Shown piece after piece: positions 61,597-64,000 of a DNA stretch of 64,000 bases. The notes beneath the pieces were generated by a model. It made no database searches, had not been told where the DNA came from, and saw only the letters and a list, made by a program, of their open reading frames with translations. This DNA is from Magallana gigas (lineage: Eukaryota). Location of the stretch: positions 54,622,001 to 54,686,000 of the forward strand of contig NC_088854.1 in NCBI RefSeq assembly GCF_963853765.1, given 5' to 3'. Position numbers and translations under genes: made by a program. The first letter of the stretch is position 1. Each line of letters opens with the position of its first letter.

Positions 61597-61879
61597 GGAG
61601 TTGATTTTAATCAACTCTCCTATGCACTTACTCGAGCAAACCGAAAGTGTAACAGTGTTTGGACCGAAGCACAAATCAATACCGCTGACAACACAGTTCT
61701 TCAAAATAATCGATAAATTCGATGCAATGTATTCTGAAACATTGTTTTTCAGGAAAAATTACTTAAACATTGTGAGATTTTAAATGGCACAAACAGTTTA
61801 GATATTTTTTAAAGTCGTATGTATTCCTCCGCTAGAGTTCAATGTAGTCTCGTTCAACCAGACGCTCGGCTGTCTCCGT
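61597..61879 (+). repeat. interspersed repeat copy 2, truncated by a Kolobok-like insertion
   Basis: Same orientation and motif order as 49207-49479 (ggagttgattttaatcaactctcc..caaaccgaaagtg..cttcaaccagacgctcggctgtctccgt). Confidence 0.75.
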
Positions 61880-61883
61880 TTAA

Positions 61884-62065
61884 GGGGCATGATCACGATT
61901 TTGGTCAAATTTTATTTTTCTGTTTTTATTATTTACAATGCCTTAATTAGGAATGGATTTCTAATGGTCAAATGAAATTTGGGTGCCAGTCGATGAGTTT
62001 TAAGCAAGATACAGGGCTCACAATTCTTCGTCATGTAAATAAGGCTCGTGCCCTGTTTTTGTTTA
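61884..62065 (+). mobile_element. 5' part of a TTAA-inserted Kolobok-like MITE (same family as 48329-48806)
   Basis: TTAA-ggggcatgatcacgattttggtcaaatttt..gtttttattatttacaatg..agcaagatacag..ctcacaattc parallels the 48329 copy. Confidence 0.6.
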
Positions 62066-62916
62066 CGAATTTTGCCACGGCCCGGGTTAGCATACCCATT
62101 TTACCAAGACTCGTATTCGATACTTCTAAAACGAGGTTCTTTGTTTAAAGCAGCCATGACATTATACGAAAAAGGGTCGATCTGACTATGATGAATTTGC
62201 TTGTTGTGCAACAGTTCGCGTATGAAGGGAAATTTTTGAAACATGCAAAATATCTTGGTGCCGATTTTGTGAAGTAAATTGAGGCTAAATATTTCAATGC
62301 GTCGACAGTTTTCACACATGACGGTGGTGTTAGCTTGTTCTGATTTTCGTTTCGTTTTCATTATTTATTATGCTTTGTAACCCGGGAACTATCGTCTGTA
62401 TTTCGTGATTTTTACGTATCAAATCAAACAGAGACTTCGGTAAATCAAACACTTAACTGTTTACCTGCCCAAATGAAGCAAAATCTGATGTATCAAAAAG
62501 TACTGAAATACAATTCATTCTATCGGTAATTCGGCATTATCTTTTGCGTAATGGTAGATTAATGCAATAGGTTTTGTTAAGATGCTCGGCATTTTCTCGA
62601 GTTAATTCAGTTTAAATAGAGTTTGATACCGCTGACGGAAATATGTAGGTATATATACATGTATATATATGATTCATTTCGAAAAAATAAATTGTGTTCT
62701 TTATTTGTTATAGTGTTTAATTGTTTACAATTTCTATTTACTAACCATATTTGAGGGTTAAGCTTCGAATTATAAGCAAGATACAGAGATTTGCTCACAA
62801 TTCTATGTTTGTACACAGATTTTAAAAACTTAAGATTAAAAAAGTAAAAAAAATTGTCAATATTTTTAAAATTTTTTTCAAAGTCTGTTCTTCCAGAAAC
62901 CAACTTAAACGACTTA

Positions 62917-63409
62917 GGCCACACCAATTTGATTTCTTGGTCGCCGGATCTGCGCGCACGTGACTAAGGGCTTTCCAAAAAATAATATTAAAAAATAAAT
63001 CCCGCACCTGGAAATTTGAGTTCCGTTTCCCACTCCATTTTTGGTTATTTTATTTTTTTTATTAGTCATGATTGCCCTTTTTAACATTGATCATACCAAA
63101 CATTTCCTGGTAGATTATAAGCAAGTTTTACAAGTAAATAATGCCAGCATGTGTGGATAGAATAAGCGATCAGGAGGGGTCTGATACAATAATGCGAATA
63201 CGGTCACCAATTTTTCACTGCTTTTTACATGTATTGCAAAGGAAAAATGACATTTTAAAATAAAATTTAATCGCTCGCTTAAATTTTTTTTATGTCGCCC
63301 CAAAATTTTCAAATTTCAGTTTTTTAATTTTAAAATTAGTAAATCGCCCGCTCGCCCCAATATTTTTTTGCTTAGAATCCGAAGACCAAGAAATCAAATT
63401 GGTGTGGCC
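62917..63409. mobile_element. PIF/Harbinger-type (Tourist-like) MITE
   Basis: Perfect 26-bp TIR GGCCACACCAATTTGATTTCTTGGTC; 3-bp TTA on both sides (62914-62916, 63410-63412); no ORF. Confidence 0.65.
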
Positions 63410-64000
63410 TTATTGTATTGTAAACTTAACCTTTTTTCGTCATTATTACTCCTACTGTACATGTGATCCTTGACTGTGTTTGTGTACATTTGTATTAACT
63501 ACATGTAATTTTGAACCTCAAATACCAGTGAACTGGTCTTGAGTGAATAAAGAATTGAAAATCTTAGGCCATTCTTTTTTTCCATTTTAAATGCTGAATA
63601 GGAAATACCAAGTTAAAAATCTTAAGCTGAATGTAATAAACTCATGTGAACAAAATATGACTCAAACCCAGGCGAACTGTGAGCTCTGTATCTTGCTTAT
63701 AATTCTACGATTGACGCTGAAATTTTGGTTGAACATTAGGAATTCTATATGAATTAGAGTATGTTAAATACTTGTACAAACAAAATAAAAGAATGATATT
63801 CTGTATATACCTACTCTCTGGGGCCCCCTTGACACATTTCTGTTGCGGGGATAAAGTAATTATTGCTATTCCTAAGAAAATATCACAGCGGAAAATTATC
63901 CTGGTTTGTACGCGAGGTAAATAACAGTCAATTAATTTATAATTGAGAAGACAAATTAAATTTTTGAATATTTTTAATTGAGGAATTGAGCACATTGAGG

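Overview
AT-rich, intron-rich eukaryotic DNA, very probably Pacific oyster (Crassostrea/Magallana) judging from a Helentron-type element carrying ~166-bp Cg170-like satellite monomers. Four host genes, all on +: (1) the last exon of myo-inositol oxygenase (MIOX); (2) an MPP7-like MAGUK (L27-L27-PDZ-SH3-GK) whose long GK-region intron holds an apparently complete 5.8-kb Harbinger transposon with convergent DDE nuclease and Myb/SANT-like genes; (3) a manually assembled 54-exon gene for a ~3,430-aa secreted protein (signal peptide, EMI-like, Cys-rich/EGF, long FN3/Ig-like array, one galactose-binding-like domain, no TM segment); (4) NOP58, whose 2.9-kb intron 8 contains four box C/D snoRNA candidates (two SNORD70-like 18S guides, two orphans) interleaved with strong splice-site-like signals. 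The rest is MITEs (TTAA-flanked Kolobok-like, Harbinger-like, TA-flanked hairpins), palindromes, decayed retroelement fragments and microsatellites. All exon models and family assignments were made by eye; no searches were run.
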